A DNA stretch of 64,000 nucleotides from the human T2T-CHM13v2.0 reference genome, Homo sapiens. The stretch lies in assembly GCF_009914755.1 (NCBI RefSeq), contig NC_060943.1; one strand, given 5' to 3'. A program made the position numbers and the translations under genes. How positions within the stretch are numbered: position 1 is the stretch's first letter; every line of letters begins with the position of its first letter. Positions 28,425 through 45,060 of the stretch are shown piece after piece. Under the pieces are notes generated by a model that made no database searches, was not told where the DNA came from, and saw only the letters and a program-made list of their open reading frames with translations.

Positions 28425-29077
28425 GTGAGTCCTATCCCAGTCCTAGGATGCTGTGTTGGCCAAACACAAATGATTCTCCAGGCAGGGAGGGTGGACACGA
28501 AGTCAGGCTGATGCAGATGACATGGGGTGGGCTTTGCAGTGAGCACTGGGAACACAGGAAGGGAGTCCTCTGGAGACCCCAGGCTCCATTTTGTTCTAGA
28601 AACCCTCCATAGGCAGCCCCTCAGGCTCATCCAATCTCCTGAAGGAGCCTGTGATGCTCAGAATCCAGCGTGTCTGGGGGTGGGTAGGGTAGGAGTACTC
28701 TCTGTCAGGAGGCAGGGACCCGTGCTGGGCACTTGTGTTGGGAATTGTTAAATGAGTTGATATGTTTTTTGTATTGCTTGAATCTGGTAGATTCCTCCTT
28801 CTCCTCCATGTACAGATTTCTGTTGTAGACAAGAACTAGGAGCAACTTGGCTCAATATTGTATCATCATGCTTAGTAGAATTCTGTTCTGGGGAGACCTT
28901 CCATGTCCACTCTGGGGTGGCTGTGTCCCTGGCTTGCGACCAGGTATCCCAGGGCATCAGGGGACCCCACGTTACAGGGCAAACCAGAACAATGTAAAGA
29001 AGGAAATGCCCCCAAGGACAGCGGGAGACGGGGGGCTCCACATTTCCCTCTCTAGGCTGTGCCTCCTTCTCTTCCAG

Positions 29078-29356
29078 GTGCTCAGGACAAGTTCTCCCTG
29101 TCAGCCTGGCCGAGCCCTGTGGTTCCCCTAGGAGGACGTGTGACTCTCTCCTGTCATTCCCATCTTCGATTTGTCATATGGACAATATTCCAAACAACTG
29201 GGACCCGAAGCCATGAGTTGCACACTGGCCTTTCCAACAACATCACCATCAGCCCTGTGACCCCAGAACACGCAGGGACCTACAGATGTGTTGGAATTTA
29301 CAAGCACGCCTCAAAGTGGTCAGCTGAGAGCAACTCCCTGAAGATCATCGTCACAG
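29078..29356 (+). pseudogene. KIR3DX1: KIR3DX1 exon 3, D0 Ig domain
   Basis: GAQDKFSLSAWPSPVVPLGGRVTLSC...HAGTYRC...NSLKIIVT; 279 nt; ttccag| ... |gtagga. Confidence 0.96.
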
Positions 29357-29621
29357 GTAGGAGAAGTCCAGCCCACCCCACGTCCAACCGGTGTCCAGAT
29401 GGACCTGCCCAGAGTCCACACCCAATGAAGCCAGAGAGTTGTTGTGGGATTCCTAGTCATGCACTAACCGTGGACACAGAAGCCATCCTGGGAATTTAAA
29501 GAGAGGGCATTTCCTGTGAGGAATCAGGTACCCAGGTGGAGGAGGAGGGAGGAAGCCGAGCAGCAGGAGAATCTGCCTGGGGAGTAGCAGACGCAGGGTG
29601 CTGGTACCAATTGCAGCAGGG

Positions 29622-29693
29622 TGGATCCAGGGAGGAGCCATGTTGCCTGACCCCAGCTGGATCCAGGGAGGAGCCATGTTGCCTGACCCCAGC
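29622..29693. repeat. Perfect 36-bp tandem duplication in KIR3DX1 intron 3
   Basis: TGGATCCAGGGAGGAGCCATGTTGCCTGACCCCAGC x2. Confidence 0.95.
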
Positions 29694-29958
29694 ACCAGTG
29701 TTTCCCTCGGGGAAGTCGTTACTCTGCCTCGAAGGAGCCAGAGGCTTGGGGAAGTGACAGTTCCCTCGGGAGATGAGTCCAGTGGCTCAGTGGGACATGG
29801 ATTGGGAAATGCACCCATTCCTCTCCTCCTCCTTCCCAGTCTCGTGACACTCATCCCTTCTCTCTCATGGATGTGCAGAGTGTCTCACGGAGAGTTAGAA
29901 ACTCATCCTGTGGAGTCGCCCCTGCCCATCCTATAAAGCAGGGAAGGGAGAGTGTGGA

Positions 29959-30303
29959 GTTATTCATATTTTATATATGTATGTAAATATACACATAAAG
30001 AGAGAGAGAGAGTAGAGTTTTCTGGAAGAGAAAGATAGAGATCTGTGCCTTGAACCGTGAGTCAAGGAAGGATTTCAGAGAAAACATCAAGAACCAGGAT
30101 TTTCACGGTTGGTTCTGTGTTAATAATGCAAAATCAGTTTTTGTTGTTAACTTCTTGAAGCATGGGAGAAAAATTTAAGAACTAGAAAATAGTTCTCAAT
30201 TTGCAAGTCATTAATTTGTAACTTTGAAAATGACAGAATAAACATTTCAGTTTTGCTGTACAACCATTTTACAACATTGACAATGCATGTATTTTAATTT
30301 GGC
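29959..30303 (+). repeat. Direct copy of upstream segment 27451-27790 inside KIR3DX1 intron 3
   Basis: Colinear alignment from GTTATTCA..TTTATATATGTATGTAAATATACACATA to ATTTTAATTTGGC. Confidence 0.93.
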
Positions 30304-30931
30304 AGTCTCACATTCAAGGAGCTCAGAAGAAACAGAGAAGAGATTGGGTCTTTCCACCAAGAGAGCGGGGAAAGCAGGTTGGGGTGAGGCAGGGAGATCC
30401 AGGCTACGAAAGCTCCTGGAGGATCTGAATGGAGATTGGGACTGTGAGGGGCTGCCCAGGAAAGGAGTTTACCGTGTCCTTCTGCCTAAACAGGGAAAAG
30501 GAGTCATTTCCACCCTCCCCAACAAGTAGTCACGTCTAACCTCTTGGGTTTTGGGGCAAAACCAGTTGTTCCTTCAGTGTGAGCCTGTGAGATTTCTTCT
30601 GATCCTCCAGAGAGTCTTGTATTTTTCAACACGCAGAGTTGAAAAACAGTGAGGCTCATAACCTCACAGTCCCATGCCAGGGAACCTAAGTCCAGCAGTG
30701 TGTTTTCTGAAGGTTCTCAAAGCACAGAGTAATTCCCATTTTCCGGGAGAACCCCACATCTCATATGGTTTCAAGCCAGACAATGGGGATCCGCGCAGAG
30801 AGAACATGCACGCACACAAACAGGAAGGACGCAGACGGGCTTTGGGGGTGATGAGGGACAGCTTCACCCTGAGGTCTCAGGCGAGGGGTGAGGAAGGAGA
30901 CTCATGTGAACTCCTCTGTCTCTGCTCTCAG

Positions 30932-31237
30932 GCTTGTTCACAAAACCCTCCATCTCAGCGCACCCAAGCTCCCTGGTGCATGCAGGAGCCAGGGTGAGCC
31001 TGCGCTGTCACTCAGAACTGGCCTTTGATGAATTTATCTTATACAAAGAGGGGCACATACAGCATTCCCAGCAGCTTGACCAGGGGATGGAGGCTGGGAT
31101 CCATTACGTCGAGGCTGTCTTTTCCATGGGTCCTGTAACGCCTGCCCATGCAGGAGCCTACAGATGCTGTGGTTGTTTCAGTCACTCCCGCTATGAGTGG
31201 TCGGCTCCCAGTGACCCCCTGGACATTGTGATCACAG
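30932..31237 (+). pseudogene. KIR3DX1: KIR3DX1 exon 4, D1 Ig domain
   Basis: GLFTKPSISAHP...YEWSAPSDPLDIVIT; 306 nt; canonical splice sites. Confidence 0.96.
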
Positions 31238-31340
31238 GTGAGTGTGGCTGGACCATCCGTGGTCTGTTGGTGCCATGGGAGCTTCATGTAATGCGGTTGT
31301 TAATCAAACCTCAGTAGAGGAAGAGAAATAAAGGAAGAGA

Positions 31341-31679
31341 GGGACTGTGAAAAAGTGCTCAGCAAAGGGGTTTAACATGTCTTACTGCTTAAAGAGGCAG
31401 GAGGGGTCACTTCTACCCTCCCCAACAAGTAGTCACGTCTAACTCCTTGGGCTTGGGGGTACAGCCAGTTGTTCCCTGCAGTGGGATCCTGTGAGGTTCC
31501 TTCTGATCCTCCCGAGATTCTTATATTTTTCAACAAACACAATTGAAAAATAGTAAGACTCATAACCCCGTAGCCCCATGTCAGAGAACTCAAGGCCAGC
31601 ACTATGTTTTCTGAAGGGTCTCAAAGCACAGAGTAATTCCCATTTTCCAGGAGAACCCCACATCTCATATGGCTTCTAG
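31341..31679 (+). repeat. Diverged direct copy of intron-3 segment 30438-30775 inside KIR3DX1 intron 4
   Basis: Shared blocks CCCTCCCCAACAAGTAGTCACGTCTAAC and TCTCAAAGCACAGAGTAATTCCCATTTTCC(A/G)GGAGAACCCCACATCTCATATGG. Confidence 0.92.
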
Positions 31680-31840
31680 GGGCGGTAAACCACAGGGACT
31701 CAGTCAAAAGCAGAATCAAAGAAATGCAGAGGAAGTAAAAAGACACAGACATAGGCTGACTCAGGACCCTAGAGATGAACATGAGATTGACAGGGGCACC
31801 AGCCGACATTCGGAATCTGCTGCCAAGATAAGAACAGCGA

Positions 31841-32148
<308 letters not shown>

Positions 32149-32215
32149 AGGGAGAGAGATTACTTTGTTCATACACTCAGGCGTGTGTTCTAAAATCAGC
32201 CTCTTTTTCTCCTAG

Positions 32216-32508
32216 GAAAATACAAAAAGCCTTCTCTCTCCACCCAGGTGGACCCCATGATGAGGCTGGGAGAGAAGTTGACCCTCTTCTGCAGCTCTGA
32301 AATCTCATTTGACCAGTACCATCTGTTCAGACACGGGGTTGCTCATGGACAGTGGCTCAGTGGAGGGCAGAGACACAGGGAAGCATTCCAGGCCAATTTT
32401 TCTGTGGGCCGTGCAACGCCAGTCCCTGGCGGGACCTATAGATGCTATGGTTCCTTCAATGACTCTCCCTATAAGCCCCCAGTGACCCGCTGCAACTTTA
32501 CACCACAG
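32216..32508 (+). pseudogene. KIR3DX1: KIR3DX1 exon 5, D2 Ig domain with a 7-nt deletion near its 3' end
   Basis: GKYKKPSLSTQVDPMMRLGEKLTLFC...GTYRCYGSFNDSPYK; 293 nt; adding 7 nt (e.g. TGGTCAG) after TATAAG at ~32475 restores WSAPSDPLQLYTT. Confidence 0.96.
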
Positions 32509-33059
32509 GTGAGGAGCCCATGCCTGCTGCATGCTCTGGTGCCCACTGGATCACAGAGCCACACGTGAGGGGCGTCCCGCTGGGCACACAGGGGTATTAG
32601 GTACTCTGGATAAAATGAAACAGTGACAAACACACACAGGAAAAAAGAAGCTGAGCATGATGGGGCTGTCAGGGTGTAGGGTGGTAAGACGGGGCAGCTC
32701 CACACCCTCTGCCACCTTCTGTATGAAGAAAGAGGTCAGGACAAACACAGGGGGAGGTGAGGCCAGATGTAGTTTGTCGAGGTCAGAGGTTGCCCCTCAC
32801 CCTTTTCCATTTCTCCAAAGCCCCTCCTGACCCCTCAACACAGAGAGATCTCCCTGCTGGGGAACGTGGAGATTTATCATCCCGATGGGAGACAATGTCT
32901 GTTGACATCACCCACCATGCTTCTCCTTATCACCTTCCCATCCCAGGGAAGGAATTGTCCCCCAGAGATTCCAAGGAAGAGACCCCAGGGCCCCCATTAG
33001 TCTTTAGGTGGATGACAGAGTAGGGGGTGTGCAGGGACCAAGCCTCCAAAGAAAATGGT

Positions 33060-33215
33060 GCTAATGCTCGGGAGGCTGAGGCAGGAGAATCGCTTGAACC
33101 CAGGAGGTGGAGGTTGCAGCGAGACAAGATGGCACCACTGCACTCCAGCCTGGGCGACAGAGCAAGACTCCATCTCAAAAAAAAAAAAAAAAAAAGAAAG
33201 AAAGAAAGAAAGAAA

Positions 33216-33247
<32 letters not shown>

Positions 33248-33254
33248 AAAGAAA
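33060..33254 (+). mobile_element. Alu right arm with (GAAA)n tail
   Basis: TSD AAAGAAAATGGT. Confidence 0.9.
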
Positions 33255-33321
33255 ATGGTCCTACTTTAATGGGGCAATCAATGACGCTTGCTCACCCCTT
33301 CTCTGCCTTTTTTTTTCCTAG

Positions 33322-33372
33322 GAAACACTAAGAGTACTCCTCTGTCATTCACAGAATCCACCCCTGAATCTG
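33322..33372 (+). pseudogene. KIR3DX1: KIR3DX1 exon 6, stem (ancestral frame GNTKSTPLSFTESTPES)
   Basis: 51 nt; ttcctag| ... |gtaagc. Confidence 0.93.
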
Positions 33373-33615
33373 GTAAGCAAATAACTCTTATCCTAGTGTC
33401 TGAGTCCCTGGGGAGACAGAAGGCCCCAGTGTGAGTGAAAGCTGTGCCACCTCCCAGCTCCATGACCCTCGGCTAGGCAGCCCCTCCCAGGTCCCCACAT
33501 TCCCCATCCACATCTGAGACTGTGGTCAGTGCGGGAATCTGTAAGGCCTTTCAGCCTCAGACGCTTTGGGACTGAGGCCTCATCCACAGGGGAGGAAGAG
33601 GTCAGAGTCACCTGA

Positions 33616-34053
<438 letters not shown>

Positions 34054-34352
34054 TGACATATTCAACAGTTCCTGTGTTCCAGTGGTGTGTGCAGGGAGGA
34101 GAAAAGTTATAATGAATAAACGTGTGAACTGATTTATTCAGATCCATTAATTTTGTATTCATTAAGATAGAGTCATGTGACAGAGAAAGCTTAAGTGGAT
34201 CCTTTAGAGCAGGTGGAAGGGAAGACTCTATGTCACTCAAGGAACTGACATTTAAGGTGTGATCCTGATGACAAGGACAGCCAGTGTTGGAAGGATTGAT
34301 GGAAGGACGTTCCCAGCAGGTAAACAGTGGTGCCATAAACTCAACATGGCAG

Positions 34353-34789
<437 letters not shown>

Positions 34790-34920
34790 CTAGTAGGTGT
34801 GTATATTTATCAGGCGCATGAGATGTTTTGATACAGGCATGAAATGTGAAATAAGCACATCATGGAGGTTAAGGCATCCATCCCCTCAAGCATTTATTCT
34901 TTGAGTTACAAACAATTTAA

Positions 34921-35242
<322 letters not shown>

Positions 35243-35344
35243 TAAAATGTACAGTAAAGTTCTTATTGACTAGAGCCAGCCTGTTGGTGCTACCAAGTGA
35301 GGGTTTCTAAGCAACAGTAAAGAGTTTGGATTTTATTCCAATAA

Positions 35345-35989
<645 letters not shown>

Positions 35990-36431
35990 TGATCCACATT
36001 CTATTTTAGAGATAGCAATCGGCCGATGTGAATAGTGTTTATTACAGGGAGGCAGGAGTGGAAGCCAGGAGCCTGGTGGGGCTGTGACATCCTTGTAGAG
36101 GACACTCATGGCAGCTTAGATGTGCTGGGGCTGGAGAAGGAGTTGAGCAGGTGGATTCAGGAGAGGCTCAGAGCTGGAGTCACTAAGAGGGAGAGTTTGG
36201 AAACTTGTTCCAGTATTTCTCAGTGCATGACCTGGGGCACGCTCATTTCTCTCTGAGCCTCTGATTCCATTGATGGCAACTCATACTTGGGCTATCAGAG
36301 AAGTAGCAACTCAGCAGGGAGCCTTATGGGGGAACGAGACATAGTCCTTGAAAGAGAAAAGATTATAATCAGACACTTGGGCTCAATGGATGGCTCTGCT
36401 AGTTATGGTCACTCATCTTGGAAAGCATCCG

Positions 36432-36850
<419 letters not shown>

Positions 36851-37357
36851 TGAATGTCTAGAAGTAGCAGACATGTCTAGAATTGAGCCCAAGAGTACGG
36901 CTGGCTACAGTCTTTTCTCTTTCAAGGACTATATCATGGATGAGAGAGTGATGAGATGTGTCCACACATGTGGAAGTCCTCCCACCACCTCTCAGCATGG
37001 GTCCTGGTACGGAGGGTATGCTCCTATGTGACATAGCCTGTGCCCCCTCCCCTTTTTCTCTCCTGAATCCTCCACCCACCTGCTCTTACTCATTACTCAG
37101 AAAAACACCAACATTGTTTGGAGCAAGTTCAATTCTCAGAAACTGGCATGAGAGTCATCCTCTGGCCACCTCTATCTCCATTCTCAGAAAGTGTATTTGT
37201 CCTGGGCTGAGAAGGGACGAGGGAAATGGTATTCAGCTATGGTACATGCAGAGGGTTTCCTTTGTCATGCAAAAACAAACTGTCTTGTCTCATGAGGAAG
37301 TGGGAGGGGAGGCACACTGGAGCCTGGTAGGCCTGGGTTCAGACCTCCATGTCTCTC

Positions 37358-37658
37358 CTTTTTTTTTTCTTTTTTTTTTTTTTTTGAGATGGAGTCTTGC
37401 TCTGTCACCCACCCTGTGTACAATCTCGGCTTACTACAACCTCTGCCTCCTGGGTTCAAGCGATTGTCCTGCCTCAGCCTTCTGAGTAGCTGGGATCACA
37501 GGCGTGTACCACTACGCCTGGCTAGTTTTTGTGTTTTTAGTGGAGACGGAGTTTTGCCATGTAGGCCAGGCTGGTCTCTAACTCCTGACCTCAGGTGATC
37601 TGCCCACCTCTGCCTCCCAAAGTGCTGGGATTACAGGTGTGAACCACCACACCAGGCC
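37358..37658 (-). mobile_element. AluS
   Basis: Antisense Alu consensus. Confidence 0.93.
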
Positions 37659-37868
37659 TCTGCATCTCTCTTACTGGCCATTTGATTTGGACACGTGTCT
37701 TCACTTCTCTTGGAATTTTTTGTGTAAGTGATGGAAAATGGAGAAAGTAACTGTTCGGGTGTAGGGATCTTGGAAGAGCTTCAGATAAAGCATGTTGTGT
37801 GTTCAGTATGTATTGGCACAAAACAGGCAACCAGTCAATGAGAGGGTTTATCATTTGCTTCTTGACAG

Positions 37869-37991
37869 ACACACCTCGCCCTCAAGGACAGTCCAGCAAC
37901 CTGCATATGCTCACTGGACTCTCAGTAGCCATCATCTCCATTGGCGTTTGCCTCTCTGCTTTTATTGGTTTCTGGTGTTACATAAAATATC
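37869..37991 (+). pseudogene. KIR3DX1: KIR3DX1 exon 7, transmembrane exon; the shifted-frame stop TAG is at 37926-37928
   Basis: Ancestral frame DTPRPQGQSSNLHMLTGLSVAIISIGVCLSAFIGFWCYIKY, uncharged TM; tgacag| ... |gtaagt. Confidence 0.94.
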
Positions 37992-38026
37992 GTAAGTCTC
38001 AGGGAGGGGAGGACAGTATCATGTGA

Positions 38027-38396
<370 letters not shown>

Positions 38397-38721
38397 TCCG
38401 TTGAGGTTCTTGATGGAGAAACCCTGCTCCTTCCCTTCACTGACCAATCACCCCAACCCCTCCCCTACCTCCACCTCACCTCTGGGGAGGCCACTGACCT
38501 GCAGGAGATGGTCCATGAGAGAGGCAGAAGGATGGGGGCCATCTATCGGAGCGGTCCTGGGGCAGTCAAGATTGCCCCAAGGTTGCTGATGGGTGGTTCT
38601 CTGAATTTAGTGGGGGAGGCTGGATCACGCTGCAGCCTCAGGCACGCCCTTGCCTTGTTTTGGTCTTGGTATTGCCACCTCTGAAGTGAAGATCTGGAAG
38701 ACTTTCTTTTTCACCCCACAG

Positions 38722-38774
38722 ACACCACCATGGCAAACACAGAGCCCACGGAAGGCCAACGGACGGATGAAGAG
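38722..38774 (+). pseudogene. KIR3DX1: KIR3DX1 exon 8, cytoplasmic (HTTMANTEPTEGQRTDEE)
   Basis: 53 nt, like KIR exon 8; ccacag| ... |gtgagt. Confidence 0.92.
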
Positions 38775-38882
38775 GTGAGTTCTCCCAGCCGAAACCATCA
38801 CCACAGCTTCATCCCCTCCCATTCCCAGTGCCCCTGCCTTCAGCCACTAAATATGCTCCTCTTTTCACCTTCATCCTCTCAG

Positions 38883-39074
38883 GAGCCTGCAGCAGAAGAG
38901 ACACAGGAGATCATATATGCCCAGTTAAACCACCAGGCCCTCTCACAGACAGGATTCCCTCCTGCCTCCCAGTGTCCCCACTACCTCTCGGAGGATCCTA
39001 GTATCTACATCACTGTCCACCAAGCCCAGGCTGAGGCCAGAGCTGCCCCCAGTCTTTGGCACAAAGGGCATTAA
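38883..39074 (+). pseudogene. KIR3DX1: KIR3DX1 exon 9 coding part with ITIMs IIYAQL (38910-38927) and SIYITV (39000-39017)
   Basis: ctctcag|GAGCCTGCAGCAGAAGAG...; ancestral stop TAA at 39072-39074. Confidence 0.94.
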
Positions 39075-39410
39075 TACGCAAGGACCTGGATCTATTCCTA
39101 GGAGGATTTTTTTTCCACGGACATTCTTCCTCCTTCTGGTACCATCTTGACACCTCGAAGCTGGCAACAGCAGTGTCTGAATGCTTGTGGGATTATCTTA
39201 AAATTCCAGCACTGCTGAACAGACAACTAGCCATTCTACAATTCTATTTTGAGCATCCAACCATTTCAGGTGATTTGACTCTACCCACACACTCATCCTG
39301 GATATCTCATTAATATCATCTGAGTTATCCTGAAACTCTACAGACATGCTTCTGGAAAGCCGATGTATATGCTCAGCCAGTTTAATCTCTAAATTACTCA
39401 ATAAGGTTTT

Positions 39411-39854
39411 TTTAAAAAAATTTTTTTAAAGTTCTGGGGTACATGCTCAGGATGTGCAGGTTTGTTACGTAGGTAAACGTGTGCCATGGTGGTTTGCTGC
39501 ACCTATCAAACCGTCACCTAGGTATTAAGCCCAGCAGGCATTAGCTCTCTTCCCTAATGCTCTCCATACCCCCTGCCCTCCTCTGACAGGCCCCAGTGAA
39601 TGTGTTCCCCTCCCTGTGTCCATGTGTTCTCATTGTTCAGCTCCCACTTATAAGTGAAAACATGCGGTGTCTGGTTTTCTGTTCCTGCATTAGTTTGCTG
39701 AGGATAATGTCTTCTAGCTTCATTCATGTCTCTGCAAATGATATGATCTCATTCCTTTTTATGACTGCGTAGTATTCCGTGGTGTATATGTACAACTTTA
39801 TTTTTATCCAGTCTATCATTGATGGGCATTTGGGTTGATTCCACGTCTTTGCTG
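39411..39854 (-). mobile_element. L1PA 3' fragment inserted in the KIR3DX1 3' end
   Basis: Antisense L1PA 3' UTR (GTACATG..CAGGATGTGCAGGTTTGTTAC..AGGTAAACGTGTGCCATGGTGG); degenerate TSD 39394-39410 / 39855-39871. Confidence 0.9.
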
Positions 39855-39874
39855 TTACTCAACAAAATTTTGCA

Positions 39875-40045
39875 GAGATGAAGTGTATTCTATATCTGAG
39901 TCATCTAATATGGTAGCCACTAGCCAAATATGGCTTTTTAACTTAGAATTAGAATAGATCAAATTCCATGAAGTTTAAAATTCAGTTCCTCAGCCACATG
40001 GCCACAATTTGAGTTCTCAGAGCCACGTGTGGCTGCTGGCTGTGG
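39875..40045. mobile_element. MER3/MER33-like hAT DNA transposon fragment
   Basis: AATATGGTAGCCACTAGCCA..TGGC and AAAATTCAGTTCCTCAG..AGCCACGTGTGGCT. Confidence 0.7.
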
Positions 40046-40334
40046 GAGAGAATAGCATGAACACAAAATGTTTTCCTTGTCAGAGGAAGTTCTAGCTGTT
40101 CTAGATTAAAGGTGCAAATTTGAAGATGCAGAGCCTATTTTCTCATGCAGTGCAGGCTCCTGGAAGAGACCTAATGTAACAAAACGATAATATTTCACAT
40201 CAATGGTGACATGTCTTTATCTTACGAAATGCGGGGAACAAGCAGAGTTCTCTTGTGGAGTGTCTTATCACCTCTTATCCTCATGCAAATTTCTGCCATA
40301 GAGATTTTCTCCCAAACTTTGAGAAGGTCACCTC

Positions 40335-41416
<1,082 letters not shown>

Positions 41417-41782
41417 ACCTCCTATTTGTACCTTTTCTCGTCCCCTGGTTTCACATGGAGAGAAAGCACACATCCATTCTCCGCACAGAACATGCTCTGG
41501 AAGCTGCTTTCTGATGACGTCTTCCTCTGAGCCTTTATTCTGTTTCTTTCTACTTGAATTGGCACCTACCCAGAGCAATTCACAAACTGCTGCCTGCAAC
41601 GAGCTGTCACTGGCTCATGGAATTGTCACATGCTGTTTCTTCACCTGGTAATTATCTCCCTTTTTTGAGCATCTCAGTGCAGACATCCACCTTCATACAC
41701 ATGTCTTTATCTCATAGGCTAAGTGAGGAGGTTGATTGACTCACAGTGTCTGTGCCCAATAGGCTGAGTTTTTATGGCCTGA

Positions 41783-42121
<339 letters not shown>

Positions 42122-42519
42122 TGATGAGGACACCCAACCCTTCCAGGGAGCAGAGCGTGGAGCAAACATCAGAGATCCTCTGATGTTACCCAGAAGTAGT
42201 TTCTCTGTCTCCCTGGGCCAAAGGGAGGATCATGCTTCCTCTACAGTCTGGGATATGTGAGCTAAGAGACAAATGCTGGTTAGTGGATGTGAGGGTGAAT
42301 GGCAGGCACACTCCCAGCCTGGCTATTTGCATGACGGCCCTACCCTTACTATTGTATATTCTACAGCTAGGTTGGTCCTGCAGCAATCTCGTTTTGATAA
42401 GCAGGGTAAAAGTGAAAGACCAAAACGTGTCTTCTCTCTGAGCCTCTGCACACAGGGTGGTTATGCCGCAGAGTCAACTGATGCTAAAGGGAAACTATGC
42501 AAGCCAGAAATGATTTTAA

Positions 42520-42852
<333 letters not shown>

Positions 42853-43073
42853 AAAAGTGAGCATTTTAAAAAGTGATTTACAACCAATGATAAATGTGAC
42901 CTGATAAGATAATTCAAGTATTCCATGTTCCTACACTTCATAGTTAAGTGTAGCTTCAACATTTATCTGGTGGAAAAATGAATCAACCAACTTTCCACAC
43001 ATGAGTGTTTTACTCTTCATTTTCCTTTCTATCAAGAAACATTATGTGCCCTGAGAAATTATAAATTTCATAA

Positions 43074-43426
<353 letters not shown>

Positions 43427-43604
43427 TGTTTGCACTTACTCTCCTGGTTTGTCCATTTTTCCATGTTCCTTCATACTTTCTTTTGATTTTATTTTTACTG
43501 TATTTACTTTTAGTTTTTGAATACTTCAAATTCTTGACAATCATTTGACAGGTTTAAATTTGAGATAACCAAAAAGTTAATAGTTCTCTCAAAACTCTCA
43601 CGTT

Positions 43605-44242
<638 letters not shown>

Positions 44243-44400
44243 CAGTCTTAACATTTTTTAAGGCTTAGTCACCTGCATGATACCAACCAGGCTGGTCTCA
44301 ACTGTGGGGCAACTGGGGTTGTTGAACCACGTGAACTGCAGGTGCTCCCTGCAGAACCCTTGCATAGCCGGCGTCTTTATACCTGTCTGTCCATCCAGGG

Positions 44401-45060
44401 ATGGCGGGGTTGGTGTTTGTCCTCCAGTCGAGGGCACTGACAACCTTGGGGCAGCAGCACCAATCAGCTTCCATCCCATCACGTAAGAGCCACACGTGGA
44501 GATCTGGGTGCACACGCATCTCACGTGTTTCCCGGAACAGCCTCAGCGCCTTTCCCCGAGCAGCCCCTTGGACATTCACCTGGCAGAGGAGTCTCTGGTT
44601 CTGTTTCTGGACTGTGGACGCGGGCTAGGGCGCATGCTGCAGGTGAATCACTTCTGAGGACAGATGAGTCTCCTGTTCTGCTTCGGGTCACCACGCTGCT
44701 CTGTGATCCAGGGAGTCTCTGTCAGCGTCTCTTCTGCTGGATCCAGTCTGGAGTGTCAGGGATTCAGAGCACGACAGAGGTGACCATGGGCAACGTGCAC
44801 CCGAGCACTTCCCTGCCACAGGGACATGCAGAGCATTTCCCACCCTGAGGAGCGGCCACTCAAGACCATCAGGTCGCAGGTGGAGGACTGTGATGCAGCC
44901 GAGCTCCTATCACCACCAGGACTTGTCTCACTGAGCAGAAGCCGGTAACACACCAGGGAAGACGGCCTTGCCCACGGGGTGGCTGTTGACGGAATCTTTC
45001 TGTTCTGCGTTCTCTCATCATGGATGTGGGTCCCTTTGATGCCTCTGTCTTCGCTCAGGG
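44401..45060 (+). pseudogene. Probable highly decayed vomeronasal type-1 receptor (V1R/VN1R) relic
   Basis: Colinear V1R-like motifs across shifting frames: MAGLVFVLQS..LG (TM1), DL..THLT..NSL...P.TF...DAG (TM2-3), LFCWI....VT (TM4), PEER(A)TQTI (TM6 entry), WLL (TM7); many frameshifts and deletions. Confidence 0.5.

Noticed and set aside
44401-45060. Assigning a named VN1R pseudogene symbol to the V1R-like relic
   Set aside because: I cannot tell from sequence alone which annotated locus, if any, this is.
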